Assembly (NCBI GenBank): GCA_964016885.1
Contig: OZ024742.1
Span: forward strand, 215,512,001 to 215,576,000
Length of the DNA stretch: 64,000 nt
Source of the DNA: Eledone cirrhosa
Lineage: Eukaryota
Direction: 5' to 3'
Part shown: one piece after another, positions 48,461 through 62,200 of the stretch
Position numbering within the stretch: the stretch's first letter is position 1
How the letters are laid out: each line of letters opens with the position of its first letter
Translations under genes and position numbers: made by a program
The notes under the pieces: generated by a model
Databases searched by the model: none
The model's input: only the letters and a program-made list of their open reading frames with translations
What the model was told of the DNA's origin: nothing

Positions 48461-51400
48461 TGTGTTGTTGGTGATAGTTAGATAGTTGGTGGAGTGGTGT
48501 TTGTAGTGGTGTGTTGTTGCTGATAGTGAGATAGATGGTGGAGTGGTGTTTGTAGTGGTGTGTTGTTGGTGATAGTTAGATAGTTGGTGGAGTGGTGTTT
48601 ATAGTGGTGTGTTGTTTCTGAATAGTTAGATAGTTGGTGGAGTGGTGTTTGCAGTGGTGTCATGTTGCTGATAGTTAGATAGTTGGTGAAGTGGTGTTTG
48701 TAGTGGTATGTTGTTGGTGATAGTTAGATAGTTGGTGGAGTGGTGTTTGTAGAGGTGTGTTGTTGGTGATAGTGAGATAGATGGTGGAGTGGTGTTTGTA
48801 GTGGTGTGTTGTTGGTGATAGTTAGATAGTTGGTAAAGTTGTGTTTGTAGTGGTGTGTTGTTGCTGATAGTTAAATAGTTGGTGGAGTGGTGTTTTTAGT
48901 GGTGTGTTGTTGGTGATAGTTAGATAGTTGGTGGAGTGGTGTTTGTAGTAGTGTGTTGTTGCTGATAGCTAGATAGATGGTGGAGTGGTGTTTGTAGTGG
49001 TGTGTTGTTGGTGATAGTTAGATAGATGGTGGAGTGGTGTTTGTAGTGGTGTGTTGTTGCTGATAGTTAGATAGATGGTGGAATGGTGTTTGTAGTGGTG
49101 TGTTGTTGCTGATAGTTAGATAGATGGTGGAGTGGTGTTTGTAGTGGTGTGTTGTTGGTGATAGTTAGATAGTTGGTGGAGTGGTGTTTGTAGTGGTTTG
49201 TTGTTGGTGATAGTTAGATAGATGTTGGAGTGGTGTTTGTAGTTGTGTGTTGTTGGTGATAGTTAGATAGTTGGTGGAGTGGTGTTTGTAGTGGTTTGTT
49301 GTTGGTCATAGTTAGATAGATGTCGGAATGGTGTTTGTAGTTGTGTGTTGTTGGTGATAGTTAGATAGTTGGTGGAGTGGTGTTTGTAGTGGTGTGTTGT
49401 TGGTGATTGTTAGATAGTTGGTGCAGTGGTGTTTGTAGTGGTGTGTTGTTGGTGATAGTTAGATAGTTGGTGGAGTGGTGTTTGTAGTGGTGTGTTGTTG
49501 CTGATAGTAAGATAGATGGTGGAGTGGTGTTTGTAGTGGTGTGTTGTTGCTGATAGTGAGATAGATGTTGGAGTGGTGTTTGTAGTGGAGTGTTGTTGGT
49601 GATAGTTAGATAGTTGGTGGAGTGGTGTTTGTAGTAGTGTGTTGTTGCTGATAGTGAGATAGTTGGTGGAGTGGTGTTTATAGTGGTGTGTTGTTGCTGA
49701 TAGTGAGATAGATGGTGGAGGGGTGTTTGTAGTGGTGTGTTGTTGGTGATAGTAGATAGATGGTGGAGTAGTGTTTGTAGTGATGTGTTGTTGGTATAGT
49801 TAGATAGTTGGTGGAGTGCTGTTTGTAGTGGTGTGTTGTTGGTGATAGTTAGATAGATGGTGGAGTGCTGTTTGTAGTGGTGTGTTGTTGGTGATAGTTA
49901 GATAGATGGTGGAGTGGTGTTTGTAGTGATGTGTTGTTTCTGAATAGTTAGATAGTTGGTGGAGTGGTGTTTGTAGTGGTGTCATGTTGCTGATAGTTAG
50001 ATAGTTGTTGGAGTGGTGTTTGTAGAGGTGTGTTGTTGGTGATAGTGAGATAGATGGTGGAGTGGTGTTTGTAGTGGTGTGTTGTTGGTGATAGTTAGAT
50101 AGTTGGTAAAGTTGTGTTTGTAGTGGTGTGTTGTTGCTGATAGTTAGATAGTTGGTGGAGTGGTGTTTTTAGTGGTGTGTTGTTGGTGATAGTTAGATAG
50201 ATGTTGGAGTGGTGTTTGTAGTTGTGTGTTGTTGGTGATAGTTAGATAGTTGGTGGAGTGGTGTTTGTCGTGGTTTGCTGTTGGTGATAGTTAGATAGAT
50301 GTTGGAATGGTGTTTGTAGTTGTGTGTTGTTGTTGATAGTTAGATAGTTGGTGGAGTGGTGTTTGTAGTGGTGTGTTGTTGGTGATTGTTAGATAGTTGG
50401 TGCAGTGGTGTTTGTAGTGGTGTGTTGTTGGTGATAGTTAGATAGTTGGTGGAGTGGTGTTTGTAGTGGTGTGTTGTTGCTGATAGTAAGATAGTTGGTG
50501 GAGTGGTGTTTGTAGTGGTGTGTTGTTGGCGATAGTGAGATAGATGGTGGAGTGGTGTTTGTAGTGGTGTGTTGTTGGTGATAGTTAGATAGTTGGTGGA
50601 GTGGTGTTTGTAGTGGTGTGTTGTTGCTGATAGTTAGATAGTTGGTGGAGTGGAGTTTTTAGTGGTGTGTTGTTGGTGATAGTTAGATAGTTGGTGGAGT
50701 GGTGTTTGTAGTGGTGTGTTGTTGCTGATAGTTAGATCATTGGCGGAGTGGTGTTTGTAGTGGTGTGTTGTTGGTGATAGTTAGATAGTTGGTGGAGTGG
50801 TGTTTGTAGTAGTGTGTTGTTGCTGATAGTTAGATAGTTGTTGGAGTGGTGTTTGTAGTGGTGTGTTGTTGCTGATATTTAGATAGTTGGTGCAGTGGTG
50901 TTTGTAGTGTTGTGTTGTTGGTGATAGTGAGATAGATGGTGGGGTGGTGTTTGTAGTGGTGTGTGGTTGGTGATAGTTAGATAGATGGTGGAGTGGTGTT
51001 TGTAGTGGTGTGTTGTTGGTGATAGTTAGATAGTTGGTGGAGTGGTGTTTGTAGTGGTGTGTTGTCGGTGATAGTTAGATAGATGGGGGAGTGGAGTTTG
51101 TAGTGGTGTGTTGTTGGTGATAGCGAGATATATGGTGGAGTGGTGTTTGTAGTGGTGTGTTGTTGCTGATAGTTAGATAGTTGGTGGAGTGGTGTTTATA
51201 GTGGTGTGTTGTTGCCGATAGTTAGATAGTTGGTGGAGTGGTGTTTGGAGTGGTGTTTGTAGTGGTGTGTTGTTGGTGATAGTTAGATAGTTGGTAAAGT
51301 GTTGTTTGTAGTGGTGTGTTGTTGCTGATAGTTAGATAGTTGGTGGAGTGGTGTTTGTAGTGGTGTGTTGTTGGTTATAGTTAGATAGTTGGTGGAGTGG

Positions 51401-53239
51401 TGTTTGTAGTAGTGTGCTGTTGCTGATAGTTAGATAGTTGGTGGAGTGGTGTTTGTAGTGGTGTGTTGTTGCTGATAGTTAGATAGTTGGTGGAGTGGTG
51501 TTTGTAGTGTTGTGTTGTTGGTGATAGTTAGATAGTTGGTGGAGTGTTGTTTGTAGTGGTGTGTTGTTGGTGATAGTTAGATATATGGTGGAGTGGTGTT
51601 TGTATTGGTGTGTTGTTGGTGATAGTTAGATAGTTGGTGGAGTGGTGTTTGTAGTGGTGTGTTGTTGGTCATAGTTAGATAGTTGGTGGAGTGGTGTTTG
51701 TAGTGGTGTGTTGTTGCTGATAGTTAGATAGTTGGCGGAGTGGTGTTTATAGTGGTGTGTTGTTGCTGATAGTTAGATAGTTAGTGGAGTGGTGTTTGTA
51801 GTGGTGTGTTGTTGGTGATAGTTAGATAGTTGGTGGAGTGGTGTTTGTAGTGGTGTATTTTTGGTGATAGTTAGAAAGATGGTGGAGTGGTGTTTGTAGT
51901 GATGTGTTGTTTCTGATAGTTAGATAGTTGGTGGAGTGGTGTTTGTAGTGGTGTCATGTTGGTGATAGTGAGATAGATAGTGGAGTGGTGTTTGTTATGG
52001 TGTGTTGTTGGTGATAGTTAGATAGTTGGTGGAGTGGTGTTTGTAGTGGTGTGTTGTTGGTGATAGTTAGATAGTTGGTGGAGTGGTGTTTGTAGTGGTG
52101 TGTTGTTGCTGATAGTGAGATAGATGGTGGAGTGGTGTTTGTAGTGGTGTGTTGTTGGTGATAGTTAGATAGTTGGTGGAGTGGTGTTTATAGTGGTGTG
52201 TTGTTTCTGAATAGTTAGATAGTTGGTGGAGTGGTGTTTGTAGTGGTGTCATGTTGCTGATAGTTAGATAGTTGGTGAAGTGGTGTTTGTAGTGGTATGT
52301 TGTTGGTGATAGTTAGATAGTTGGTGGAGTGGTGTTTGTAGAGGTGTGTTGTTGGTGATAGTGAGATAGATGGTGGAGTGGTGTTTGTAGTGGTGTGTTG
52401 TTGGTGATAGTTAGATAGTTGGTAAAGTTGTGTTTGTAGTGGTGTGTTGTTGCTGATAGTTAAATAGTTGGTGGAGTGGTGTTTTTAGTGGTGTGTTGTT
52501 GGTGATAGTTAGATAGTTGGTGGAGTGGTGTTTGTAGTAGTGTGTTGTTGCTGATAGCTAGATAGATGGTGGAGTGGTGTTTGTAGTGGTGTGTTGTTGG
52601 TGATAGTTAGATAGATGGTGGAGTGGTGTTTGTAGTGGTGTGTTGTTGCTGATAGTTAGATAGATGGTGGAATGGTGTTTGTAGTGGTGTGTTGTTGCTG
52701 ATAGTTAGATAGATGTTGGAATGGTGTTTGTAGTTGTGTGTTGTTGTTGATAGTTAGATAGTTGGTGGAGTGGTGTTTGTAGTGGTGTGTTGTTGGTGAT
52801 TGTTAGATAGTTGGTGCAGTGGTGTTTGTAGTGGTGTGTTGTTGGTGATAGTTAGATAGTTGGTGGAGTGGTGTTTGTAGTGGTGTGTTGTTGCTGATAG
52901 TAAGATAGATGGTGGAGTGGTGTTTGTAGTGGTGTGTTGTTGCTGATAGTGAGATAGATGTTGGAGTGGTGTTTGTAGTGGAGTGTTGTTGGTGATAGTT
53001 AGATAGTTGGTGGAGTAGTGTTTGTAGTGATGTGTTGTTGGTGATAGTTAGATAGTTGGTGGAGTGGTGTTTGAAGTGGTGTGTTGTTGGTGATAGTTAT
53101 ATATATGGTGGAGTGGTGTTTGTAGTGATGTGTTGTTTCTGATAGATAGATAGTTGGTGGAGTGGTGTTTGTAGCGGTGTCATGTTGTTCATAGTTAGAT
53201 AGTTGGTGAAGTGGTGTTTGTAGTGGTGTGTTGTTGGTG

Positions 53240-56200
53240 ATAGTTAGATAGTTGGTGGAGTGGTGTTTGTAGTGGTGTGTTGTTGCTGATAGTTAGATAG
53301 TTGGTGGAGTGGTGTTTGTAGTGGTGTGTTGTTGGTGATAGTGAGATAGATGGTGGAGTGGTGTTTGTAGTGGTGTGTTGTTGGTGATAGATAGATAGTT
53401 GGTTAAGTGGTGTTTATAGTGGTGTGTTGTTGCTGATAGTTAGATAGATGGTGGAGTGGTGTTTGGAGTGGTGTTTGGAGTGGTGTGTTGTTGCTGATAG
53501 TTAGATAGTTGGTGGTGAGGTGTTTGTAGTGGTGTGTTGTTGGTGATAGTTAGATAGTTGGTGGAGTGGTGTTTGCAGTTGTGTGTTGTTTTTGATAGTT
53601 AGATAGATGGTGGAGTGGTGTTTGTAGTGGTGTGTTGTTGGTGATAGTTAGATAGTTGGTGGAGTGGTGTTTGTAGTGGTGTGTTGTTGCTGATAGTTAG
53701 ATAGTTGGTGGAGTGGTGTTTGTAGTGGTGTGTTGTTGCTGATAGTTAGATAGTTGGTGGAGTGGTGTTTGTAGTGGTGTGGTGTTGGTGATAGTTAGAT
53801 AGTTGGTGGAGTGGTGTTTGTAGTGTTGTGTTGTTGGTATTGTTAGATAGTTGGTGGAGTGGTGTTTGGAGTGGTGTGTTGTTGCTGATAATTAGATAGT
53901 TGGTGGAGTGGTGTTTGTAGTGGTGTGGTGTTGGTGATAGTTAGATAGTTGGTGGAGTGGTGTTTGTAATGGTGTGTTGTTGGTGATAGTTAGATAGTTG
54001 GTGGAGTGGTGTTTGTAGTGGTGTGTTGTTGCTGATAGTGAGATAGATGGTGGAGTGGTGTTTGTAGTGGTGTGTTGTTGGTGATAGTAGATAGATGGTG
54101 GAGTAGTGTTTGTAGTGATGTGTTGTTGGTGATAGTTAGATAGTTGGTGGAGTGGTGTTTGTAGTGGTGTGTTGTTGGCGATAGTGAGATAGATGGTGGA
54201 GTGGTGTTTGTAGTGGTGTGTTGTTGGTGATAGTTAGATAGTTGGTGGAGTGGTGTTTGTAGTGGTGTGTTGTTGCTGATAGTTAGATAGTTGGTGGAGT
54301 GGAGTTTTTAGTGGTGTGTTGTTGGTGATAGTTAGATAGTTGGTGGAGTGGTGTTTGTAGTGGTGTGTTGTTGCTGATAGTTAGATCATTGGTGGGGTGG
54401 TGTTTGTAGTGGTGTGTTGTTGGTGATAGTTAGATAGTTGGTGGAGTGGTGTTTGTAGTGGTGTGTTGTCGGTGATAGTTAGATAGATGGTGGAGTGGAG
54501 TTTGTAGTGGTGTGTTGTTGGTGATAGCGAGATATATGGTGGAGTGGTGTTTGTAGTGGTGTGTTGTTGCTGATAGTTAGATAGTTGGTGGAGTGGTGTT
54601 TATAGTGGTGTGTTGTTGCCGATAGTTAGATAGTTGGTGGAGTGGTGTTTGGAGTGGTGTTTGTAGTGGTGTGTTGTTGGTGATAGTTAGATAGTTGGTA
54701 AAGTGTTGTTTGTAGTGGTGTGTTGTTGCTGATAGTTAGATAGTTGGTGGAGTGGTGTTTGTAGTGGTGTGTTGTTGGTTATAGTTAGATAGTTGGTGGA
54801 GTGGTGTTTGTAGTAGTGTGCTGTTGCTGATAGTTAGATAGTTGGTGGAGTGGTGTTTGTAGTGGTGTGTTGTTGCTGATAGTTAGATAGTTGGTGGAGT
54901 GGTGTTTGTAGTGGTGTGTTGTTGGTGATAGTTAGATAGTTGGTGGAGTGTTGTTTGTAGTGGTGTGTTGTTGGTGATAGTTAGATATATGGTGGAGTGG
55001 TGTTTGTATTGGTGTGTTGTTGGTGATAGTTAGATAGTTGGTGGAATGGTGTTTGTAGTGGTGTGTTGTTGGTCATAGTTAGATAGTTGGTGGAGTGGTG
55101 TTTGTAGTGGTGTGTTGTTGCTGATAGTTAGATAGTTGGCGGAGTGGTGTTTATAGTGGTGTGTTGTTGCTGATAGTTAGATAGTTAGTGGAGTGGTGTT
55201 TGTAGTGGTGTGTTGTTGGTGATAGTTAGATAGTTGGTGGAGTGGTGTTTGTAGTGGTGTATTTTTGGTGATAGTTAGAAAGATGGTGGAGTGGTGTTTG
55301 TAGTGATGTGTTGTTTCTGATAGTTAGATAGTTGGTGGAGTGGTGTTTGTAGTGGTGTCATGTTGGTGATAGTGAGATAGATGGTGGAGTGGTGTTTGTT
55401 ATGGTGTGTTGTTGGTGATAGTTAGATAGTTGGTGGAGTGGTGTTTGTAGTGGTGTGTTGTTGGTGATAGTTAGATAGTTGGTGGAGTGGTGTTTGTAGT
55501 GGTGTGTTGTTGCTGATAGTGAGATAGATGGTGGAGTGGTGTTTGTAGTGGTGTGTTGTTGGTGATAGTTAGATAGTTGGTGGAGTGGTGTTTATAGTGG
55601 TGTGTTGTTGCTGATAGTTAGATAGTTGGTGGAGTGGTGTTTGGAGTGGTGTTTGTAGTGGTGTGTTGCTGGTGATAGTTAGATAGTTGGTAAAGTGGTG
55701 TTTGTAGTGATGTGTTGTTGCTGATAGTTAGATAGTTGGTGGAGTGGTGTTTGTAGTGGTGTGTTGTTGGTGATAGTTAGATAGTTGGTGGAGTGGTGTT
55801 TGTAGTGGTGTGTTGTTGCTGATAGTTAGATAGTTGGTGGAGTGGTGTTTGTAGTGGTGTGTTTTGGAGATAGTTAGATAGTTGGTGGAGTGGTGTTTGT
55901 AGTGGTGTGTTGTTCGTGATAGTTAGATAGATGGTGGAGTGGTGTTTGTATTGGTGTGTTGTTGGTGATAGTTAGATAGTTGGTGGAGTGGTGTTTGTAG
56001 TTGTGTGTTGTTGGTCATAGTTAGATAGTTGGTGGAGTGGTGTTTGTAGTGGTGTGTTGTTGCTGATAGTTAGATAGTTGGTGGAGTGGTGTTTGTAGTG
56101 GTGTGTAGTTGCTGATAGTTAGATAGTTGGCGGAGTGGTGTTTATAGAGGTGTGTTGTTGCTGATAGTTAGATAGTTAGTGGAGTGGTGTTTGTAGTGGT

Positions 56201-59200
56201 GTGTTGTTGGTGATAGTTAGATAGTTGGTGGAGTGGTGTTTGTAGTGGTGTATTTTTGGTGATAGTTAGATACATGGTGGAGTGGTGTTTGTAGTGATGT
56301 GTTGTTTCTGATAGTTAGATAGTTGGTGGAGTGGTGTTTGTAGTGGTGTCATGTTGCTGATAGTTAGATAGTTGGTGAAGTGGTGTTTGTAGTGGTGTGT
56401 TGTTGGTGATAGTTAGATAGTTGGTGGAGTGGTGTTTGTAGAGGCGTGTTGTTGGTGATAGTGAGATAGATGGTTGAGTGGTGTTTGTAGTGGTGTGTTG
56501 TTGGTGATAGTTAGATAGTTGGTGGAGTCGTGTTTGTAGTGGTGTGTTGTTGGTGATAGTTAGATAGTTGGTAGAGTGGTGTTTGTAGTGGTGTGTTGTT
56601 GGTGATAGTGAGACAGATGGTGTAGTGGTGTTTGGAGTGGTGTCTGTAGTGGTGTGTTGTTGGTGATAGTTAGATAGTTAGTGGAGTGGTGTTTGTAGTG
56701 ATGTGTTGTTGCTGACAGTTAGATAGTTGGTGGAGTGGTGTTAGTAGTGGTGTGTTGTTGGTGATAGTTAGATAGATGGTGGAGTGGTGTTTGTAGTGTT
56801 GTGTTGTTTCTGATAGTTAGATAGTTGGTGGAGTGGTGTTTGTAGTGGTGTGTTGTTGGTGATAGTTAGATAGTTGGTGGAGTGGTGTTTGTAGTGGTTT
56901 GTTGTTGGTGATAGTTAGATAGTTGTTGGAATGGTGTTTGTAGTTGGGTGTTGTTGGTGATAGTTAGATAGTTGGTGGAGTGGTGTTTGTAGAGGTGTGT
57001 TGTTGGTGATAGTTAGACAGTTGGTGCAGTGGTGTTTGTAGTGGTGTGTTGTTGGTGATAGTTAGATAGTTGGTGCAGTGGTGTTTGTAGTGGTGTGTTG
57101 TTGCTGATAGTGAGATAGATGGTGGAGTGGTGTTTGTAGTGGTGTGTTGTTGCTGATAGTGAGATAGATGGTGGAGTGGTGTTTGTAGTGGTGTGTTGTT
57201 GGTGATAGTTAGATAGTTGGTGGAGTGATGTTTGTAGTGGTGTGTTGTTGCTGATAGTGAGATAGATGGTGGAGTGGTGTTTATAGTGGTGTGTTGTTGC
57301 TGATAGTGAGATAGATGGTGGAGTGGTGTTTGTAGTGGTGTGTTGTTGGTGATAGTAGATAGATGGTGGAGTAGTCTGTGTAGTGATGTGTTGTTGGTGA
57401 TAGTAAGATAGTTAGTGGAGTGGTGTTTGTAGTGGTGTGTTGTTGGTGATAGTTAGAAAGTTGGTGGAGCGGTGTTTGTAGTGGTGTATTTTTGGTGATA
57501 GTTAGATAGATGGTGGAATGGTGTTTGTAGTAGTGTGTTGTTGCTGAATAGTTAGATAGTTGGTGGAGTGGTGTTTGTAGTGGTGTCATGTTGCTGATAG
57601 TTAGATAGTTGTTGGAGTGGTGTTTGTAGAGGTGTGTTGTTGGTGATAGTGAGATAGATGGTGGAGTGGTGTTTGTAGTGGTGTGTTGTTGGTGATAGTT
57701 AGATAGTTGGTAAAGTTGTGTTTGTAGTGGTGTGTTGTTGCTGATAGTTAGATAGTTGGTGGAGTGGTGTTTTTAGTGGTGTGTTGTTGGTGATAGTTAG
57801 ATAGATGTTGGAGTGGTGTTTGTAGTTGTGTGTTGTTGGTGATAGTTAGATAGTTGGTGGAGTGGTGTTTGTCGTGTTTTGCTGTTGGTGATAGTTAGAT
57901 AGATGTTGGAATGGTGTTTGTAGTTGTGTGTTGTTGTTGATAGTTAGATAGTTGGTGGAGTGGTGTTTGTAGTGGTGTGTTGTTGGTGATTGTTAGATAG
58001 TTGGTGCAGTGGTGTTTGTAGTGGTGTGTTGTTGGTGATAGTTAGATAGTTGGTGGAGTGGTGTTTGTAGTGGTGTGTTGTTGCTGATAGTTAGATAGTT
58101 GGTGGAGTGGTGTTTGTAGTGGTGTGTTGTTGGTGATAGTGAGATAGATGGTGGAGTGGTGTTTGTAGTGGTGTGTTGTTGGTGATAGATAGATAGTTGG
58201 TTAAGTGGTGTTTATAGTGGTGTGTTGTTGCTGATAGTTAGATAGATGGTGGAGTGGTGTTTGGAGTGGTGTTTGGAGTGGTGTGTTGTTGCTGATAGTT
58301 AGATAGTTGGTGGTGAGGTGTTTGTAGTGGTGTGTTGTTGGTGATAGTTAGATAGTTGGTGGAGTGGTGTTTGCAGTTGTGTGTTGTTTTTGATAGTTAG
58401 ATAGATGGTGGAGTGGTGTTTGTAGTGGTGTGTTGTTGGTGATAGTTAGATAGTTGGTGGAGTGGTGTTTGTAGTGGTGTGTTGTTGCTGATAGTTAGAT
58501 AGTTGGTGGAGTGGTGTTTGTAGTGGTGTGTTGTTGCTGATAGTTAGATAGTTGGTGGAGTGGTGTTTGTAGTGGTGTGGTGTTGGTGATAGTTAGATAG
58601 TTGGTGGAGTGGTGTTTGTAGTGTTGTGTTGTTGGTATTGTTAGATAGTTGGTGGAGTGGTGTTTGGAGTGGTGTGTTGTTGCTGATAATTAGATAGTTG
58701 GTGGAGTGGTGTTTGTAGTGGTGTGGTGTTGGTGATAGTTAGATAGTTGGTGGAGTGGTGTTTGTAATGGTGTGTTGTTGGTGATAGTTAGATAGTTGGT
58801 GGAGTGGTGTTTGTAGTGGTGTGTTGTTGCTGATAGTGAGATAGATGGTGGAGTGGTGTTTGTAGTGGTGTGTTGTTGGTGATAGTAGATAGATGGTGGA
58901 GTAGTGTTTGTAGTGATGTGTTGTTGGTGATAGTTAGATAGTTGGTGGAGTGGTGTTTGTAGTGGTGTGTTGTTGGCGATAGTGAGATAGATGGTGGAGT
59001 GGTGTTTGTAGTGGTGTGTTGTTGGTGATAGTTAGATAGTTGGTGGAGTGGTGTTTGTAGTGGTGTGTTGTTGCTGATAGTTAGATAGTTGGTGGAGTGG
59101 AGTTTTTAGTGGTGTGTTGTTGGTGATAGTTAGATAGTTGGTGGAGTGGTGTTTGTAGTGGTGTGTTGTTGCTGATAGTTAGATCATTGGTGGGGTGGTG

Positions 59201-62200
59201 TTTGTAGTGGTGTGTTGTTGGTGATAGTTAGATAGTTGGTGGAGTGGTGTTTGTAGTGGTGTGTTGTCGGTGATAGTTAGATAGATGGTGGAGTGGAGTT
59301 TGTAGTGGTGTGTTGTTGGTGATAGCGAGATATATGGTGGAGTGGTGTTTGTAGTGGTGTGTTGTTGCTGATAGTTAGATAGTTGGTGGAGTGGTGTTTA
59401 TAGTGGTGTGTTGTTGCCGATAGTTAGATAGTTGGTGGAGTGGTGTTTGGAGTGGTGTTTGTAGTGGTGTGTTGTTGGTGATAGTTAGATAGTTGGTAAA
59501 GTGTTGTTTGTAGTGGTGTGTTGTTGCTGATAGTTAGATAGTTGGTGGAGTGGTGTTTGTAGTGGTGTGTTGTTGGTTATAGTTAGATAGTTGGTGGAGT
59601 GGTGTTTGTAGTAGTGTGCTGTTGCTGATAGTTAGATAGTTGGTGGAGTGGTGTTTGTAGTGGTGTGTTGTTGCTGATAGTTAGATAGTTGGTGGAGTGG
59701 TGTTTGTAGTGGTGTGTTGTTGGTGATAGTTAGATAGTTGGTGGAGTGTTGTTTGTAGTGGTGTGTTGTTGGTGATAGTTAGATATATGGTGGAGTGGTG
59801 TTTGTATTGGTGTGTTGTTGGTGATAGTTAGATAGTTGGTGGAATGGTGTTTGTAGTGGTGTGTTGTTGGTCATAGTTAGATAGTTGGTGGAGTGGTGTT
59901 TGTAGTGGTGTGTTGTTGCTGATAGTTAGATAGTTGGCGGAGTGGTGTTTATAGTGGTGTGTTGTTGCTGATAGTTAGATAGTTAGTGGAGTGGTGTTTG
60001 TAGTGGTGTGTTGTTGGTGATAGTTAGATAGTTGGTGGAGTGGTGTTTGTAGTGGTGTATTTTTGGTGATAGTTAGAAAGATGGTGGAGTGGTGTTTGTA
60101 GTGATGTGTTGTTTCTGATAGTTAGATAGTTGGTGGAGTGGTGTTTGTAGTGGTGTCATGTTGGTGATAGTGAGATAGATGGTGGAGTGGTGTTTGTTAT
60201 GGTGTGTTGTTGGTGATAGTTAGATAGTTGGTGGAGTGGTGTTTGTAGTGGTGTGTTGTTGGTGATAGTTAGATAGTTGGTGGAGTGGTGTTTGTAGTGG
60301 TGTGTTGTTGCTGATAGTGAGATAGATGGTGGAGTGGTGTTTGTAGTGGTGTGTTGTTGGTGATAGTTAGATAGTTGGTGGAGTGGTGTTTATAGTGGTG
60401 TGTTGTTGCTGATAGTTAGATAGTTGGTGGAGTGGTGTTTGGAGTGGTGTTTGTAGTGGTGTGTTGCTGGTGATAGTTAGATAGTTGGTAAAGTGGTGTT
60501 TGTAGTGATGTGTTGTTGCTGATAGTTAGATAGTTGGTGGAGTGGTGTTTGTAGTGGTGTGTTGTTGGTGATAGTTAGATAGTTGGTGGAGTGGTGTTTG
60601 TAGTGGTGTGTTGTTGCTGATAGTTAGATAGTTGGTGGAGTGGTGTTTGTAGTGGTGTGTTTTGGAGATAGTTAGATAGTTGGTGGAGTGGTGTTTGTAG
60701 TGGTGTGTTGTTCGTGATAGTTAGATAGATGGTGGAGTGGTGTTTGTATTGGTGTGTTGTTGGTGATAGTTAGATAGTTGGTGGAGTGGTGTTTGTAGTT
60801 GTGTGTTGTTGGTCATAGTTAGATAGTTGGTGGAGTGGTGTTTGTAGTGGTGTGTTGTTGCTGATAGTTAGATAGTTGGTGGAGTGGTGTTTGTAGTGGT
60901 GTGTAGTTGCTGATAGTTAGATAGTTGGCGGAGTGGTGTTTATAGAGGTGTGTTGTTGCTGATAGTTAGATAGTTAGTGGAGTGGTGTTTGTAGTGGTGT
61001 GTTGTTGGTGATAGTTAGATAGTTGGTGGAGTGGTGTTTGTAGTGGTGTATTTTTGGTGATAGTTAGATACATGGTGGAGTGGTGTTTGTAGTGATGTGT
61101 TGTTTCTGATAGTTAGATAGTTGGTGGAGTGGTGTTTGTAGTGGTGTCATGTTGCTGATAGTTAGATAGTTGGTGAAGTGGTGTTTGTAGTGGTGTGTTG
61201 TTGGTGATAGTTAGATAGTTGGTGGAGTGGTGTTTGTAGAGGCGTGTTGTTGGTGATAGTGAGATAGATGGTTGAGTGGTGTTTGTAGTGGTGTGTTGTT
61301 GGTGATAGTTAGATAGTTGGTGGAGTGGTGTTTGTAGTGGTGTGTTGTTGGTGATAGTTAGATAGTTGGTAGAGTGGTGTTTGTAGTGGTGTGTTGTTGG
61401 TGATAGTGAGACAGATGGTGTAGTGGTGTTTGGAGTGGTGTCTGTAGTGGTGTGTTGTTGGTGATAGTTAGATAGTTAGTGGAGTGGTGTTTGTAGTGAT
61501 GTGTTGTTGCTGACAGTTAGATAGTTGGTGGAGTGGTGTTAGTAGTGGTGTGTTGTTGGTGATAGTTAGATAGATGGTGGAGTGGTGTTTGTAGTGTTGT
61601 GTTGTTTCTGATAGTTAGATAGTTGGTGGAGTGGTGTTTGTAGTGGTGTGTTGTTGGTGATAGTTAGATAGTTGGTGGAGTGGTGTTTGTAGTGGTTTGT
61701 TGTTGGTGATAGTTAGATAGTTGTTGGAATGGTGTTTGTAGTTGGGTGTTGTTGGTGATAGTTAGATAGTTGGTGGAGTGGTGTTTGTAGAGGTGTGTTG
61801 TTGGTGATAGTTAGACAGTTGGTGCAGTGGTGTTTGTAGTGGTGTGTTGTTGGTGATAGTTAGATAGTTGGTGCAGTGGTGTTTGTAGTGGTGTGTTGTT
61901 GCTGATAGTGAGATAGATGGTGGAGTGGTGTTTGTAGTGGTGTGTTGTTGCTGATAGTGAGATAGATGGTGGAGTGGTGTTTGTAGTGGTGTGTTGTTGG
62001 TGATAGTTAGATAGTTGGTGGAGTGATGTTTGTAGTGGTGTGTTGTTGCTGATAGTGAGATAGATGGTGGAGTGGTGTTTATAGTGGTGTGTTGTTGCTG
62101 ATAGTGAGATAGATGGTGGAGTGGTGTTTGTAGTGGTGTGTTGTTGGTGATAGTAGATAGATGGTGGAGTAGTCTGTGTAGTGATGTGTTGTTGGTGATA

